64,000 nucleotides of DNA from Felis catus (Eukaryota). Below are positions 12,561 to 25,305 of this stretch, piece after piece. Under the pieces are notes generated by a model. The model did no database searches. It was given only the letters and a program-made list of their open reading frames with translations, and was not told the DNA's origin. The first letter of the stretch is position 1, and each line of letters begins with the position of its first letter. Location: the NCBI RefSeq assembly GCF_018350175.1, contig NC_058383.1, positions 27,530,001 to 27,594,000 of the forward strand. The letters are read 5' to 3'. The translations under genes and the position numbers were made by a program.

Positions 12561-13159
12561 TGCCCCCCTCGTGCTTCTGAGACATTTCTAAAACACAAAG
12601 ACTTTCACTCATACTCTTTAGTGCCTCTGTGAGAGAGGCACTCAGCCCCATTCAACTATGTACGGGAGCTTGCAGACCGCTTCATGCCAGTGATTCCTCC
12701 TGTTGAGAAATCCATTCTCTTTGAAAAATCCAGCAATGGACAAATATAACACAGATCATCCTAGTCTCTCAACAGTCAAACACACACTCCAGGATGCCCC
12801 ACTTGACATTGAGCAATCATCAGATTTTCCTCTAGGGAATAAAACATTTTGTTGGCCATGTTCACTCTACTGTATTGACTTCCCTCCTACAAGGAAACCT
12901 GTCGTGTAAAGAAACTTGAACTCAACTCTGGTACAAATTCATGTGTTTCTTTGTATAAGAGTTACCTCCTCTTTATCCTTGAGTTTTCTTATCTGAAAAG
13001 TAAACGGTTTAAATATGAGATAAATCCTTGCAACCAGTTTTGGGAAAGGAAAACCAGGTCCTAAATTTTAAAAACCTAGTTATCATGAAGGAATCTTTCC
13101 CTAAAATTCTAGGCTGTGCTGAAGGCCAACTTATTTTCTCTCTCTCTTTTTTCTTCCAT

Positions 13160-13340
13160 CATAGTTCTGTGGTACAATCATTTTTTACTTCTCTGTGTTT
13201 CCTGCTACCCTATAACTTATAGAAAACAGAGACTAGCCCCTAGTCACTGTATTCCAAATGCTCGGCACAAAACTTGGCATATAACAGACACTCCATAAAA
13301 GTAAATGGATATATCAATGGATAGACAGATGGATGAAAGA
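13160..13340 (+). mobile_element. L2 3' end relic
   Basis: tcactgtattccaaatgctcggcacaaaacttggcatataacag..ctccataaa..tggatgaa. Confidence 0.65.
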
Positions 13341-13699
13341 CACATTGCATTGGCCAACCTCACTTGTCCACAGAGATCACAGTCTGCTTTGAGCAAAAGG
13401 GTGACTATGTTGACTTCGGCATTGGAAGCCTGCAGATTAGAGAACTCAGGCTGTCAGGTCACACAAAAGCTGGCAGAATTCACATCTCCTCAGATGTTCT
13501 CCTGAGCTAGATTCACAGACAATCGTGGTCTAGCAAGTACAGCAGAGACCTGAGGACAGGACACTCAACCCAGCATTAATTAGAGTGACTTGGCCTGCTC
13601 AGATGTTTTTTAAAAACAAATCTTAATAACATTTGCCAATCCCTGAGCCCTTATAGCTTGTCAGGCACCATCTAAGAGCTTTGAAAACATGATCTAAAC

Positions 13700-14176
13700 C
13701 AATGGTCCTCCATCAGGGTGACTTTGCCCCCTGTGACATTTGACAACGGCTGGACACAATTTTGACTGTCACTGAGGAAAAGGTCTGCTTCTGGAGCTAG
13801 TGGGTAGAGCCTAGGTGTTCAACTAAACATCCCTTGAAACACAGGATGGGTCCCCACAACAACAGAGAATGGTTTAGACCCACATGTCAATAATGCCAAG
13901 GTTAAGAAATGCCAAGGTTGGAGCTCCTGGGTGGCTCAGTCGGTTAAGCATTCGACTTCAACTCAGGTCATGATCTCAGTTTGTGAGTTCAAGCCCTACG
14001 TTGGGCTCTGTGCTGATGGCTCAGAGCCTGGAGTCTGTTTCTGATTCTGTACCAACCCTCCCCCCCCCATTTTGTTTCTCTCTCTCTCCCTCCCTCCCTC
14101 AAAAATAAATAGACATTAAAACAACAACAACAACAACAATAATAATAAAAAGAAATACCAAGGTTAAGAAATCCTG
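13700..14176 (+). mobile_element. MER20 hAT MITE containing a CanSINE
   Basis: caatggtcctc..ttgcccc..gacatttg..tagtgggtagagcc..atgtcaataatgccaaggttaagaaa..cctg; degenerate 8-bp TSD atctaaac/atctacag. Confidence 0.85.
13920..14149 (+). mobile_element. Feline CanSINE
   Basis: cctgggtggctcagtcggttaag head; TSD aagaaatgccaaggtt / aagaaataccaaggtt. Confidence 0.95.
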
Positions 14177-15334
14177 ATCTACAGCAATCCCTTCTACAAC
14201 TCATTATTATTTTAAAAATCACTGTTATTATTTTCCTAATTTTACAGGAGAGGAAAATGAGGAATATGGAATACTATAGGTGCTTTGTGCCAGCAGCAGA
14301 GCTGGGATTTGAACCTCCTTCTCTGGGGTCTAAATCCTATGTTCTTACCATCTACCCTATAACTCTTGGCCCGTCTTATCTACAAGGTTGGACTAAGCAG
14401 GGAAATTTACGCTGCCAATCCTGTACCTACTTAATATGCTGGGACTTGACATTCTTCCTGCTGCTGCGACATCCGATTTTTACCTAGTTTCACGTGAGAA
14501 ACTAAAGATGTTACTTTGGCCAGAGCTGGGAGTATCTTTAAATTGAATCCGGTTCCTCCTATTGAAACATAATAACTTTTAAAGTAATCTAGTCTCTTCA
14601 TTACCAGTGCTACATGCAGTTGTTGAAATCTCTTTTGAGTTGGTAGTTAAAAGGCCCAGCCATACATTTGTAACGTTATTGTTGCTGGCTAAAATGCTTA
14701 GCAACAACACAAACATCACTCAGAATCAAATTATCAGATGTACCGACAAGATGCTCCTCGATTTAATAGTGTGGTAAATGATGGCTTGGAGATGTTCTTT
14801 GAAGCTGAGGAAGCAAATGTGAAAGCTAATTCAATTCTCAAATGAATAAAAGTGAGAAACTGTTCTTATAAACCTGATATTACCAGAGATAGGGCCAGAG
14901 TATGCTGCTGCCTTGTATGGGGGAGGAGAGAAGAGCAGGATTTATTTTATTCCAGATCATAAAGAGCTGGGCTCTCTGTGACCACACAGGTTTGACCTTG
15001 GGGGTGTGCGGGGAGAACCTGAGTAGGAGCAAGGACTCATTTCCAACTCAGTCAAGAGGGTGCTTACTTCCCCATAGGTTCCCCTTGCAGCTGCTTGAGA
15101 CAGGAAGGGGCCACCGGCCTTCGGGGAAATCAGATCTGTGTTGATGAGACTTTGAGAGCACAGAACAGCACTGCCTCAGAGAAAAGGGGATCCCAGATCA
15201 CCTAGGCCAGTGGCCTTTCAATTACTCAGTAGGACCCTAGGTTTTCACAAAGGTATTTCAGGGGTAAGAGGAAGGAGGATTTGGAAGTGATTCATGGTCT
15301 GAAATTTGCTTTAATTTATCACATGAATGTGTAT

Positions 15335-16050
15335 CTTTTATCATAAAGGATACAAATGAAGAGCCAGATATAGAGATTTATAAGGTGACAAGATTCCAAA
15401 GGGTCCTGTGTGCAGGGGTTTCTGTCCCTGTAAAGGCTGGGGTGTACCACCCTGCCTGTACCTGTAAATGTTCACCAGCCAGGAAGCTGTCTTCTGGGTC
15501 TCCCTGTCCAGAGTTTTTGCCAAGGCTCCATTACCTGGACACGAGTGATGAAATCATTGGTCACTAGGTTGAATTCAGTCTCCAGCTGTTTTTTCTTCTA
15601 GGAGGCCTGAGCAAGCCTGAGACTGAAGGGTCTAACCCTTTAAATCACGTGACTGGAGGGGCGACTGGGTGGCTCAGTCGCTTAAGTATTTGACTTTGGC
15701 TCAGGTCAGAATCCCACAGTTTCTGAGTTCAAACCCTGTGTCAGGCTCTGTGCTGACAGCTCAGAGCCTGGAGCCTGCCTCGGATTCTGTCTCCTTCTCC
15801 CTGACCCTGCTCCACTCCTTCTCTGTCTCTCAAAAATAAAATAAACATTAAAAAAATTGAAATCACAGGACTGGAAAGCACCTGGGGTCCAGCAAGAGTC
15901 ACCTCATTACCATAAACTGTGGTGTGGTCAAAAGAGACTCCTCTTAAGAATAACAGAGACACCCCATCACTCAGGAAATTCCCAAGGTTTTGAAAGCTCT
16001 ATGCCAGGACCTAGGGACAAAGGTCAGATTTCTCCTTTTGAAAATCATAC
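15335..16050 (-). mobile_element. MER21-like (ERVL-class) solo LTR interrupted by a CanSINE
   Basis: tttatcataaaggatac..tgttcaccagccaggaagct..tcactcaggaaattcccaaggttttgaaagctctatgccagga..gggacaaag, matching reverse MER21C as remembered. Confidence 0.75.
15658..15859 (+). mobile_element. Feline CanSINE
   Basis: SINEC head and tail; TSD aaatcacgtgactgga / aaatcacaggactgga. Confidence 0.95.
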
Positions 16051-16287
16051 CTTAGGGGCTGAGGTTGACCCCACAGCCCCTGCCTCCATCACCCCAGCTG
16101 GCTGGGTGTCATCTGGGTGGTGAAATGGCAGAATATAGAGTCAGAGCAGAGGAGACCTAGGGACTGGTTACTTCACCAAAGTAAAATGAGACTCCGATGA
16201 TAGGGACCCCAAGTACTTGGTGATTCAGCTGATCTGGAAGCTTGGTCTCTAACCCTGAACTCTCTGAGTATTCTCTGGAGGGTTCCA

Positions 16288-16758
16288 TGTTTCTTTCCTA
16301 GGGGTCCTATGACCAGTTATCACAAATGTGGCAGCTTAAAACAGCACACACGGGTTATTATCTTTCCCACCTGAAGGTCAGAAGTCTGAAATGGGTCTTG
16401 CAAGGGCTGTGTTCCTTCTGGAGGGAGAATCCGTTTCCTCGCCCTTTCCAGCTGCCAAGAGATCACCTACACCTTTTCATCATGACCCCGTTCCTTCATT
16501 TTCAAAGCCAACAAGGTAGCATCTTCAAGTCTTTCCTTCTCTTTCCCTCTGATTCCTTCATTGCAGGGCCTCCTGCCTCACTCTTAGAAAGCCCGTGCGA
16601 TTTCATCAGCCCCACCAGGGGCATCCAGGATGATTTCCCCCTCAAGATCCTTAACTCGATATTATCTGCAAAATCCCATGTGCCTGAAGGGAACCCATTC
16701 ACAGGTCCAGGGATCTGAACATGGACATCTTTGGGAGGTCATTCCTCAGTTGGCCACA
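16288..16758 (-). mobile_element. MLT1C/D MaLR solo LTR
   Basis: gcttaaaacagca..aggtcagaagtctgaaatggg..gggagaatccgtttcctcgcc..cattcacaggtccagggat..tggacatctttggg..ccaca. Confidence 0.85.
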
Positions 16759-17361
16759 GCCCCCTCCTTCCTTCATTGCTGGTGTCAATCTGCTACCCTC
16801 AGCCCATGCCCTGCACCACACCCTCCTGGTGACTTCTGTTTGGAGGAGGGGACCATATCTCCCTTTCTCACAGCTCATTTCTCCAATGGCCCTTCCCAGT
16901 CTTGTTCAGGGACGAGGAACTGTCCTCTGACCATTCGGGGCCATGTTTACTCGAGGGGAGAGAACTCCTTGGGGGCTGATTGACCCCTGTGTGCACCTCT
17001 GTTGGGTCGGAGTGCTCTGTGCCTGCTGGGTCTGTGATGCATTCCTGGCCACCCTACCCTGGGGGTGGGACTGGATGTTCATAAATATTGTTCAGTCACT
17101 CTGCGTCCCCCAGCGCAGCCCTTAGGAGAGAGCCCTGAGAGGCCAAGTCTGTATTTTTCCAGTGAAATACGCCAGCACTTTATTTACTACTGGGACAGTG
17201 TTTGGCCATCCTAAAGAGGTGGTTGCGAACCTACCTGTCCTCTCCCATCGCCCTCTGGTTTGTTGTATGACATCAAGGAATTTGCTTCCTTCTCCTTTTC
17301 TAAGAAAAAGCTACAGCGGCTCGAATGAGAAATGTCTTTATTCCCATGTTGCTGTTTAAGT

Positions 17362-17608
17362 CAGTAATTTTCAGCCCCCAGGGGGTTTTGCACCCCAGGG
17401 GACATCTGCACCCTGACCCTTGCCCAGGGGACATTTAGCAGTGTTTGGAGGCATCTGGTTTTAACAACTTGGGAAGGGGGCTGCTACTGGTATCTAATGG
17501 GTAGAAGCCAAGGACAGAGCTAAGCCTCCTCCGGTGCCCAGGCCCCTCCCTCCCAACAAAGAATTCTCTGGCTCAGAATGTCAACAGTGCTATAGTAAAG
17601 AAACCCTG
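17362..17608 (+). mobile_element. MER20 hAT MITE with small internal duplication
   Basis: cagtaattttc..cccaggggacat (twice)..gctactggtatctaatgggtagaagcc..aacaaagaatt..aatgtcaacagtgc..gaaaccctg. Confidence 0.9.
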
Positions 17609-18844
17609 ACTTAGCCCCAAAGGAGAGGGAAGAGATACCAATAACCGGAGTGGCTTTTTCTCTCTGTACAGATTTACTTGGTCCTCTCCACGGGATGGGG
17701 AGTGAGGAGTCCTATTTTTCAGAACATGGGACAGTTACTGAGGCTCATGAATACGCAGGCAGGGTCTTCATGCTTCCAGAGCCTCAAAACCAAAAACCAG
17801 CCTACTTCCTCTGGTGTCGTCTCCCTCAGACACAGCACGTCTCCCTCCCGCCTTGGTGCCAACTCCTGCAGCAAAAATAACAAGCAGGACACCTCTGCCG
17901 GGGGCAGGAGGAAGGCAGTGACACAGCCTCTCGTGGATTACTGAGGCCTGTCCCTAAAGCACGTGGGAGTGTGGACTCCCAACCGGGTCTGAATGCTCTG
18001 CATGTTTTCATAGACAAGAGATGCGTCCTTTTCAAGGTTGCCATTTGGGGTGGCAGACCCTAATACAGTTGTACCCGATGATGAGGATTTGGTGGTGATG
18101 GGGGGAGGGGGTGGGGGGGTGGGGGAAAGGGTGCAAATCATACATAAAGCTCAAGGTCCCAGTTCTTTGTGTAAATCTCTGGTAGCCAGGGCAGAGGGGG
18201 TGGGTGGGGAAGAAGAGCCTTTTAACTTTGAATACTTCACATTTGGCTGCCTTGGTGACTGGGTATGAGGCGTAGATAACCAGGATAAACCCTCAGGGCT
18301 ATTCCTTGGTTTTTACTACCCAGGCCATACGGAGGGCAAGGCTCTGGGCAGAGCCGGGGGAAGCTCTCTTCCAAACAGGTTTTCTTGAGGTTTTGTTTTT
18401 TGTTTGCTTGTTTGTCTGTTTGTTTCCCCTCAAGTAAGGCTGTCAACCACAGGGCCTTGGGTCAACCAGCAGATTCTGGTGAGCAAGACTCCTCTGGACT
18501 TTATGTCTGCTTAAACTGAGGGACTGCTATGTGGGGAAGCCAGGTCCTTGGCCGGCAGGGAAACAAATGGCCACAAGGAATTTTTACATTATACTGAGGC
18601 AGAAAAATCCTTCTTCCTAAGACAGAAAAAAATAGGCCACTGTTTCCTGTTGAGCAGATAAGTTATGTTGTTATATAAGTTATGTGGTTGCAGAGGATTT
18701 TAATTCTTCTTTAAATGCAAAGAAAAACAGTAATTTTTGAGATGGCTTCATTGATCAAAAAATAACTACTGGCTGCAAACATTTATTCACACCACAAAAG
18801 GCATAAGCCTTCTTTATCTTAACAAGAATATTATCTTGTTACAG

Positions 18845-19090
18845 TTAATAGTTATTGAACTGCCTATTATGCTCCAGGCACTGTTTATGGGCACTGCCAA
18901 TATATTATCTAATTTAATCTTCACCCTAATCCTCAGCCACAGGTCCTGTTACTGCCTTGACTTCACAGATAAAGAAAATGAGGGTCAGGGGGGGTAAAGT
19001 AACTTGCCCAAGGTCACACAATTGATCAAGTATCGCAGAAGGAATTTTGAACCTGAATATGGGACCAAGCTTTTCCTCTTAACCACTGTC
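18845..19090 (-). mobile_element. MIR SINE
   Basis: cacagataaagaaaatgagggtcag..aagtaacttgcccaaggtcacaca..tttgaacc..tcttaaccact. Confidence 0.85.
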
Positions 19091-19169
19091 CCATAGGATT
19101 TTTACCCAGATGGATCCTCCATATTTTCACATCCAGACCCTGTCTTGGGAGTGACCAGAACCTCACTAC

Positions 19170-20950
19170 GGTTCTCCTTTCTTGCAATGTCTTTGGTGAG
19201 TTTTGGTAGCAGAATAATCTTAGACCCATACAATGAATTTGGCAGTGCTTTCTCTTCAAAAAAAAAATTTTTTTTTGGAAGAGTTTGTGCAGAACTGGTA
19301 TCATTTCTTTCTAAAATGTGTGGGAGAGTTCACTAGGATACCACCTGAACCTAGAGTCTTCTCTGTCGGAAATTTTTTAAACTTTTTTTTAATGTTTATT
19401 TGTTCATTTTCAGAGAGAGAGACAGAGAGACAGAGAGAGGGGAAGAGACAGAATCCCAAGCAGGCTCTGCACCATCAGCACAGACCCCACATGGGACTTG
19501 ATCCCATGAACCGTGAGATCACGACCTGAGCTGAAACCAAGAGGCAGACACTTAGCTGACTGAGCCCCCCCCCCCCCCCCAGGTATCCCCTTTGTGGGAA
19601 ATATTGAAGCTACAATTTCATTTTAATTGATACAGCACTGTTTGAGCTATCTGTTCCACTGCAAATGAGCTTTGGTGGTTTGTGTCTTTCAGGGGACCAG
19701 GATGTTGAATTTGCAGACACAAAGTTGTTCCCAATATTCACTTTATCATCCTTTAAATACCTGTAGAATCTGTAACGAGATCACCTTTCTCATTCCTGAT
19801 ACTGGTATTTGTGTCTTCTTTTTCTTGTCAGTCTGATGAGATGTTTATCAATTGGATTGATGATATTCTCAAAGTTTTAGTTTTACTGGGTTTCTTGCTT
19901 TTCTCTGTTTTCTACTTCATTTGTTTATTCTCTGATGTTTCTTACAGTATTTCTTCTGCTTACTTTGAGTCTAACTTCTCCTTATGTTCTATTTCAAGGT
20001 GCAAACTGAGATCATTCATTTCAGACCATCCTTTTTCTCTGATATAGGCATTTAATACTACAAATATCTGCCTAATTACTGCTTTCACAATACGCCAGAT
20101 CTTCCCATGTACAGTGTTTTCATTTTCATTCAGTTCAAAATACTCTGCAATTCCCCTTGACCCATGGTTTACTTAGAAATATGCTGTTAAGTGTCCACAA
20201 AATTCAGAGTTTCCCAGAGATCTGTTATTCATTTCTAATTTAACTACAGGGGAACTTGTGTTTTGGTCTCGGATATGGTCTATATGCTCAGTGTTCTGTG
20301 TGGACATTCAGGGCACGGCAAAAGGAACGCGTGATTCTGCTGTTGTTGGGTGGAGAGTGTTCTGTGAATGTTAATTCAGTGCAGTTGGTTCAGGGTGTTG
20401 AAGTCTTTCTGTATCCTTGCTGATTTTCCATTCATTCGTTCTATCAGTTACTGAGAGAGGAGCTGGGACTTTCTAACTGTAATTGTGGAATTCTTTCTCT
20501 GCATTTCTCTAAATGTTTGCTTCATGTCTTTCCAGAATCTGTCACTGGGTGCACAAATGTCCTCTAGAGTAATTGCCCCCTTGTATTATAAAGTAACCTT
20601 TATTCTTTGCTGTGAAATCTATTTTCTCTGATACTAATATAACAGCTCCAACCCTTCATAAAAATAGTGTTAGCATGGGATATCTTTTCCTATCTTTTTA
20701 GGTTTAACCTATTTCTGTATCTGTATTTAAAGAGCATTTCTTATATTTCCAACATATAGTTAGGTCCTGATTTTCTTTAAAATCCAAACTGACCTTCTTG
20801 CCTTTCATGAAAATCTATTTAAATGCCATTTAAATTTAATATGATTATTAAATACAGTTAGATTCATGTTGATCACCTTCAATTTGTTTTTCTTTTTTAA
20901 TTAGGTCCATCTGTGTGTTTCCTTTCTGTTTCTTCCTTATGTTGGATTCA
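19170..20950 (-). mobile_element. Old LINE-1 fragment (5' part of ORF2)
   Basis: Minus-strand peptide IPVLHKLFQK resembles L1 ORF2; T-rich L1 antisense text continues to about 20950. Confidence 0.85.
19383..19590 (-). mobile_element. CanSINE inserted in L1, with a C16 run in its head
   Basis: aatgtttatt..gagagagacagag..cccaagcaggctct..gtgagatcacgacctgagctgaaacc..aggtatcccc. Confidence 0.93.
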
Positions 20951-20979
20951 GTATATTTTACAATTTCTTTTTTTCCTAA

Positions 20980-22520
20980 CGGTTTTATTGAGATATGATT
21001 CACGTACCATGAAATTCAGCCTTTTAAGTGTATGACTCAGTGGGTTTTAGTAAACTCAGAGTTATTCATCGCTACTATCTAACTCCAGAATGTTTTCATC
21101 AACCCAAAAAGAAAGTCATCCCCACTAGGCAATCTCTACACACCCTTACTCTTCCCAGTCCTTGGCAACCACATTCTACTTTCTGTCTCTATGGATCTGT
21201 TTGTTCAGGACATTTCATATAAATGGAACCATGAAATATGTGATCTTTTGTGATAGGTTCTCTCACTCAGCATAATGTTTTCAAGGTCCATCTATGGTAG
21301 AGCATGTGATCCCTTCCTTTCTATAACTGAATAATATTACAGGGACAGATACACCACATTTGACTCTCCCATTCATGAGGTGATGGACACTTGGGTTGTT
21401 TCAATTTGGGGGCTAATGTATGTAGAGCTTCTGTCAACACTTATGAACACACTTTTTTATATCTTCAAATCTCTCGGATACATACCTCGGAGTATCACTG
21501 CTGTCATACAGTAGCCATGTTTAAGCCTTTGATAAATTACCAATCTGTTTTCCAAAGTGCCTGCACCATTTTACAGTCCCACTGATAACACGCTAAAGTT
21601 CTAATTTCTCCACATCCTTGCTAACCCTTGTTATTATCTGTCTTTTGTATTAGAAACATTTTAGTAAGTGTGCAGTTGTATCTCATTGTGGTTTTCTCTT
21701 GCATTTCTCTAATGACTGATAATATTAATGTGCTTATTGGGCCATTTGTCTTCTTTGGAGACATGTCTATGAAAATCTTTTCCCCATTTTTAAACTGAGT
21801 TTCTTTTTATTACTGAGTTGTAAAAGTTCTTTATATACTATGGATCCAAGGTCCTCATCTGATATATGATTTGAAAATGTTATTTTTTGTTATGGGGGCT
21901 GCCTTTTAACTTTTTTCATGTTGTCCTTACAAGGTACAAAAGTTTTAAATTTTGATGAAGTTCAGTTTGTATCTTTTTTCTTGTCATTGTCATTTCGTTT
22001 TAAAGTCACAACAAACAGGCTTTGTCTAACAGAAGCTTACAGAGATATATTCTTGTTTTTTTTTCCCTAGGAGTTTTATAGTTTCAACTCTTACATTTAG
22101 TTTGATGAGACATTTCGAGTTAATTTTTGATGTGAGGTAGGGATCTAGTTTCATTCTTGTGAATATATAGTTGTCTAACATCGTTTGTTGAAAAGACTGT
22201 TCTTTTCCCCATTGAATTGTCTTAGCACCTTTGTCAAAAATCAATGGACCATGAAAGTAAAGGTATATTTCTGGACTCTGAATTCTATTTCATTGATCTA
22301 TAGGTCTAGCTGTAATACCAGTACCACACTGTCTTGATTATTGTAGCCTTGGAGAAAGTTTTGACATTGAGAACTGCAAGCCCAACTTTGTTCTTTTTAA
22401 GATTGTTTTGGATATTCTAGCTCATATAGGTTTTCAGGTCAGCCTTTCAGTTTTTTCGGAAAAAAGTCTGGCCATGATAGTCGATTAAAGACTGAACTAA
22501 ATCTGTAGACCATTTTAGGG
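20980..22520 (-). mobile_element. LINE-1 (L1MB-like) 3'UTR and 3' ORF2
   Basis: ttttattgagatatgattcac 3' end; peptide IFDKGAKTIQWGK..MKLDPYLT.KINSK..LNVR.ETIKLL is L1 ORF2. Confidence 0.9.
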
Positions 22521-22522
22521 AG

Positions 22523-22800
22523 TGTGGTAAGTATAGGGATAACCCCCAAGAAGACATCCTTGTCCTAATCTCCATAACCTGTGAATACATTACCTTACAC
22601 TGCAAAAGGGTTACTGTAGATATAATTGAGAAAGTTAAGGTGATTCTGGATGATCCTGATGGATCCAATGTGTCATAAGACGAGGAAAGGAGTGCCACGG
22701 TCAGGAAAAGAGATGTGATGGGAGAATTGGGTTGTGGAGTAATGTGGCCATAAGCCAAGGTCTGTGGACAGCCAGACACTAAAGTGAGAAGCAGACCAAA
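22523..22800 (+). mobile_element. MLT1D-like LTR 5' portion
   Basis: tgtggt..cccccaagaagacatccttgtcctaatctccataacctgtgaatacattaccttac..agccaagg..tgtggacagcc. Confidence 0.8.
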
Positions 22801-22849
22801 AAAATCTTAAATGGAACTTGAAATGGAGGATATGAAGAAAAGCAAAAAC

Positions 22850-23100
22850 AACACGGTGGTCTCTGCTCTTGTGGAGCTTACAGACCTTAATCAAATAAAC
22901 TTACCTAGAGAAAGTGCTACAGAGACACGAGAGCTTGTAACAGCGGTCTTGGGTTGAATATCTGGGGGGGCGGGAGGAGGTGACACTGGAATTGGTCTTC
23001 CAGCCGAAACAGGAAAGAAAGAGGAGGCGTTCATTCAGCGAAACAGGTGAGGTGAACACTGTGGGCAGAGGAAACGAGGACACAAAAGCCAGGAGCCCAA
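22850..23100 (-). mobile_element. L2 relic
   Basis: acggtggtctctgctcttgtggagcttaca..gaggaggtgacactgga. Confidence 0.6.
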
Positions 23101-23599
23101 AGCAGACCAAAGTCCTGGTTCTAGAGTTTGGGCTCAGGGCACGCTGGGAACCTGGAGCCCAGGCTCCTCCCTCGGCCTGTCTCTCACCATCACCATGGAG
23201 CCCTTGGCATGATGCTGGAGTCAAGCTGGGAGCTCCTCTGCCTGCTTTTGGAAGACAAATGTCTCCCGCTATCCTTTTGTGACCCCCATCCCCACCATAG
23301 AACACTGTCGGCCACTCAGCAGGTCTCACAACTGCCTGGCTTCCAACATGCTGTTCCCTGGGCCCCAAAGTGTGAACTGACCAGGCTCCAGGGCACACTG
23401 GTTCTCCCCTAATTAGCTAGCACACCTGTACCACCGTGGCTTCTCCTGAGCCTATGAGGCCACCAGAGGTAGCATTAACAGGCCTGGTATCATAAGTCAC
23501 TGCCAGGCAAGCTGTAGGTAATTAATTCTAACGCTAGGAACTGCTCAAGACTAATTCCACTAAAACTATATTGTGAAACCAGAACACACACACAAAGTC

Positions 23600-23800
23600 A
23601 TACTACCACTTAGCAACTTCCTACACCTGGTGCTTTTTATTACATGACCCCATTTACTCCTCGCGACTGGCCTATCCATTAGGTACCATCGCTCTTCCCA
23701 ATTTACAAGTGTCTAAGGAACGGAGAGAGGGCTACAGAGTCACAAGACTTCAGTGCAGGAGCCGGGATTGGTTCTCATGTCCAAGCTATAACTGAGCCCA
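23600..23800 (-). mobile_element. MIR SINE, degraded
   Basis: cccaatttaca..gtcacaag..gcaggagccgggatt. Confidence 0.55.
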
Positions 23801-23975
23801 TGTGCCTTCTGGTATCCTCCCTGAGCTACGCTTGTGGTACTCTGAACTATATGGTACTTATGCGAATAACTTAAATAAAAATAAAAAGAACCCTTCTTTT
23901 TATCAGAGATTTGATGCAGCAAGCTTTTATAGCTGTGGGTTTTTTTGTTTTTTTTTTGTTTTTTTGTTTGTTTTA

Positions 23976-24188
23976 ATTTTTTTTTCAACGTTTATTTATT
24001 TTTGGGACAGAGAGAGACAGAGCATGAACGGGGGAGGGGCAGAGAGAGAGGGAGACACAGAATCGGAAACAGGCTCCAGGCTCTGAGCCATCAGCCCAGA
24101 GCCCGACGCGGGGCTCGAACTCACGGACCGCGAGATCGTGACCTGGCTGAAGTCGGACGCTTAACCGACTGCGCCACCCAGGCGCCCC
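23976..24188 (-). mobile_element. Very young feline CanSINE
   Basis: CpG-intact; sense strand ggggcgcctgggtggcgcagtcggttaagcgtccg with A box and B box gagttcgagcc; approximate TSD ttttgtttgtttt. Confidence 0.98.
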
Positions 24189-25174
24189 TTTTGTTTGTTT
24201 TTTAATTGCATGGTCTCTTGTCTAAATAAAGTCCTGTGGTACTTAATGCATGTCCTGGCATTACTGATTCTCTGGTCTAAGGGCAGGACTGGGAGTGTCT
24301 GTCCAGAGCCATCTGCCTCCCAGAAGACCTCATAGGAAAAAAAGGTACAGACAGTAACTTGCTGATCCTAATTGCTTTGCCCGCTATACATGTCTCAGAT
24401 CAAATACTATTTTGTCCTCTTTTTCCCCTTTAGGGGGGAATTAATTAAGCTCTAATTACACCGACAGAAAAAATAGAAGCTACAATAAAATTATTTAAAA
24501 AAAAAAAGCTATTAACAAGGTCTGAGCACAGAGCTTGTTATAACCCGGGGAATGAGCCTCATTTGAATTTTATGGCCTTTCCATTTACATTTTTTTTTAT
24601 TAAACCTTTTCTTACAATCCTCAATATGTCTCCTTTCCATGGTATAATCATCCTCGGGAATTTTCAGGTGTTAAATTAGATACTTGGGGGCTCCCTAACT
24701 CTTCCTGCATTTAGTAGGAGCATGGTGTGTATTCCATGAGGCAGATTAATAATAATTTTTTTAAACTGATTTGAAAGTTCACACCAAGTTTTTTCCATCT
24801 GGAAGGAAGTCAGACTTGCGGAGCCCCTCTGGTCCAGGCAAATTACATGGGAGCAAAAGTTACTCTTGTTAGAAATTTTAAAAGTGTATTGCGATCGGGA
24901 TGTCTCGCTGCAAAAGGCAAAGCCGATTCTTTCTCCTGTCAAATGGAAAGGCCACGCAGACAGGGCTGGGCTGAGGGGAAGCTGGAAAGGATCTTCCTAT
25001 GAGGAGGAGCAGGAGAGGTCTCCTTACCCTGCACTGCCACCCATCGCTGCCCTGTCAGAGCTTGAGAGGATGTCAGGAGACATGAGGTGCCAAGGCACAC
25101 GGCGAGCGGCAGACCTCTAGGTCACTCAGACCCTGGACCTGTTCTACCACACATGGCTGGGTCACCTGGGTAGG

Positions 25175-25305
25175 GCCTTCAGAATTCTGATTCTCAATCC
25201 CTAGGCTCGATCTCCTGAATCAGAACATCTAAGGGTGGGAACTTGGAATCCTATTTTTCAACTGCCTCCAGGGAGATTCTGATGACTAGCCAGGCATGGG
25301 AGTCC
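25175..25305. mobile_element. MER5-like hAT fragment
   Basis: ctgaatcagaacatct..ggaatcc..tttttcaac..ccagggagattctgatg. Confidence 0.6.

Larger units (their letters stand above)
13625..14360 (-). mobile_element. MIR SINE split by MER20 and a CanSINE
   Basis: MIR tail text before 13700; resumes with attttacaggagaggaaaatgagg..gcagagctgggatttgaacc. Confidence 0.7.

Noticed and set aside
23802..24205. ORFs resembling ORFs at 46105-46357 (apparent paralogues)
   Set aside because: Both are read-throughs of near-identical SINEs.
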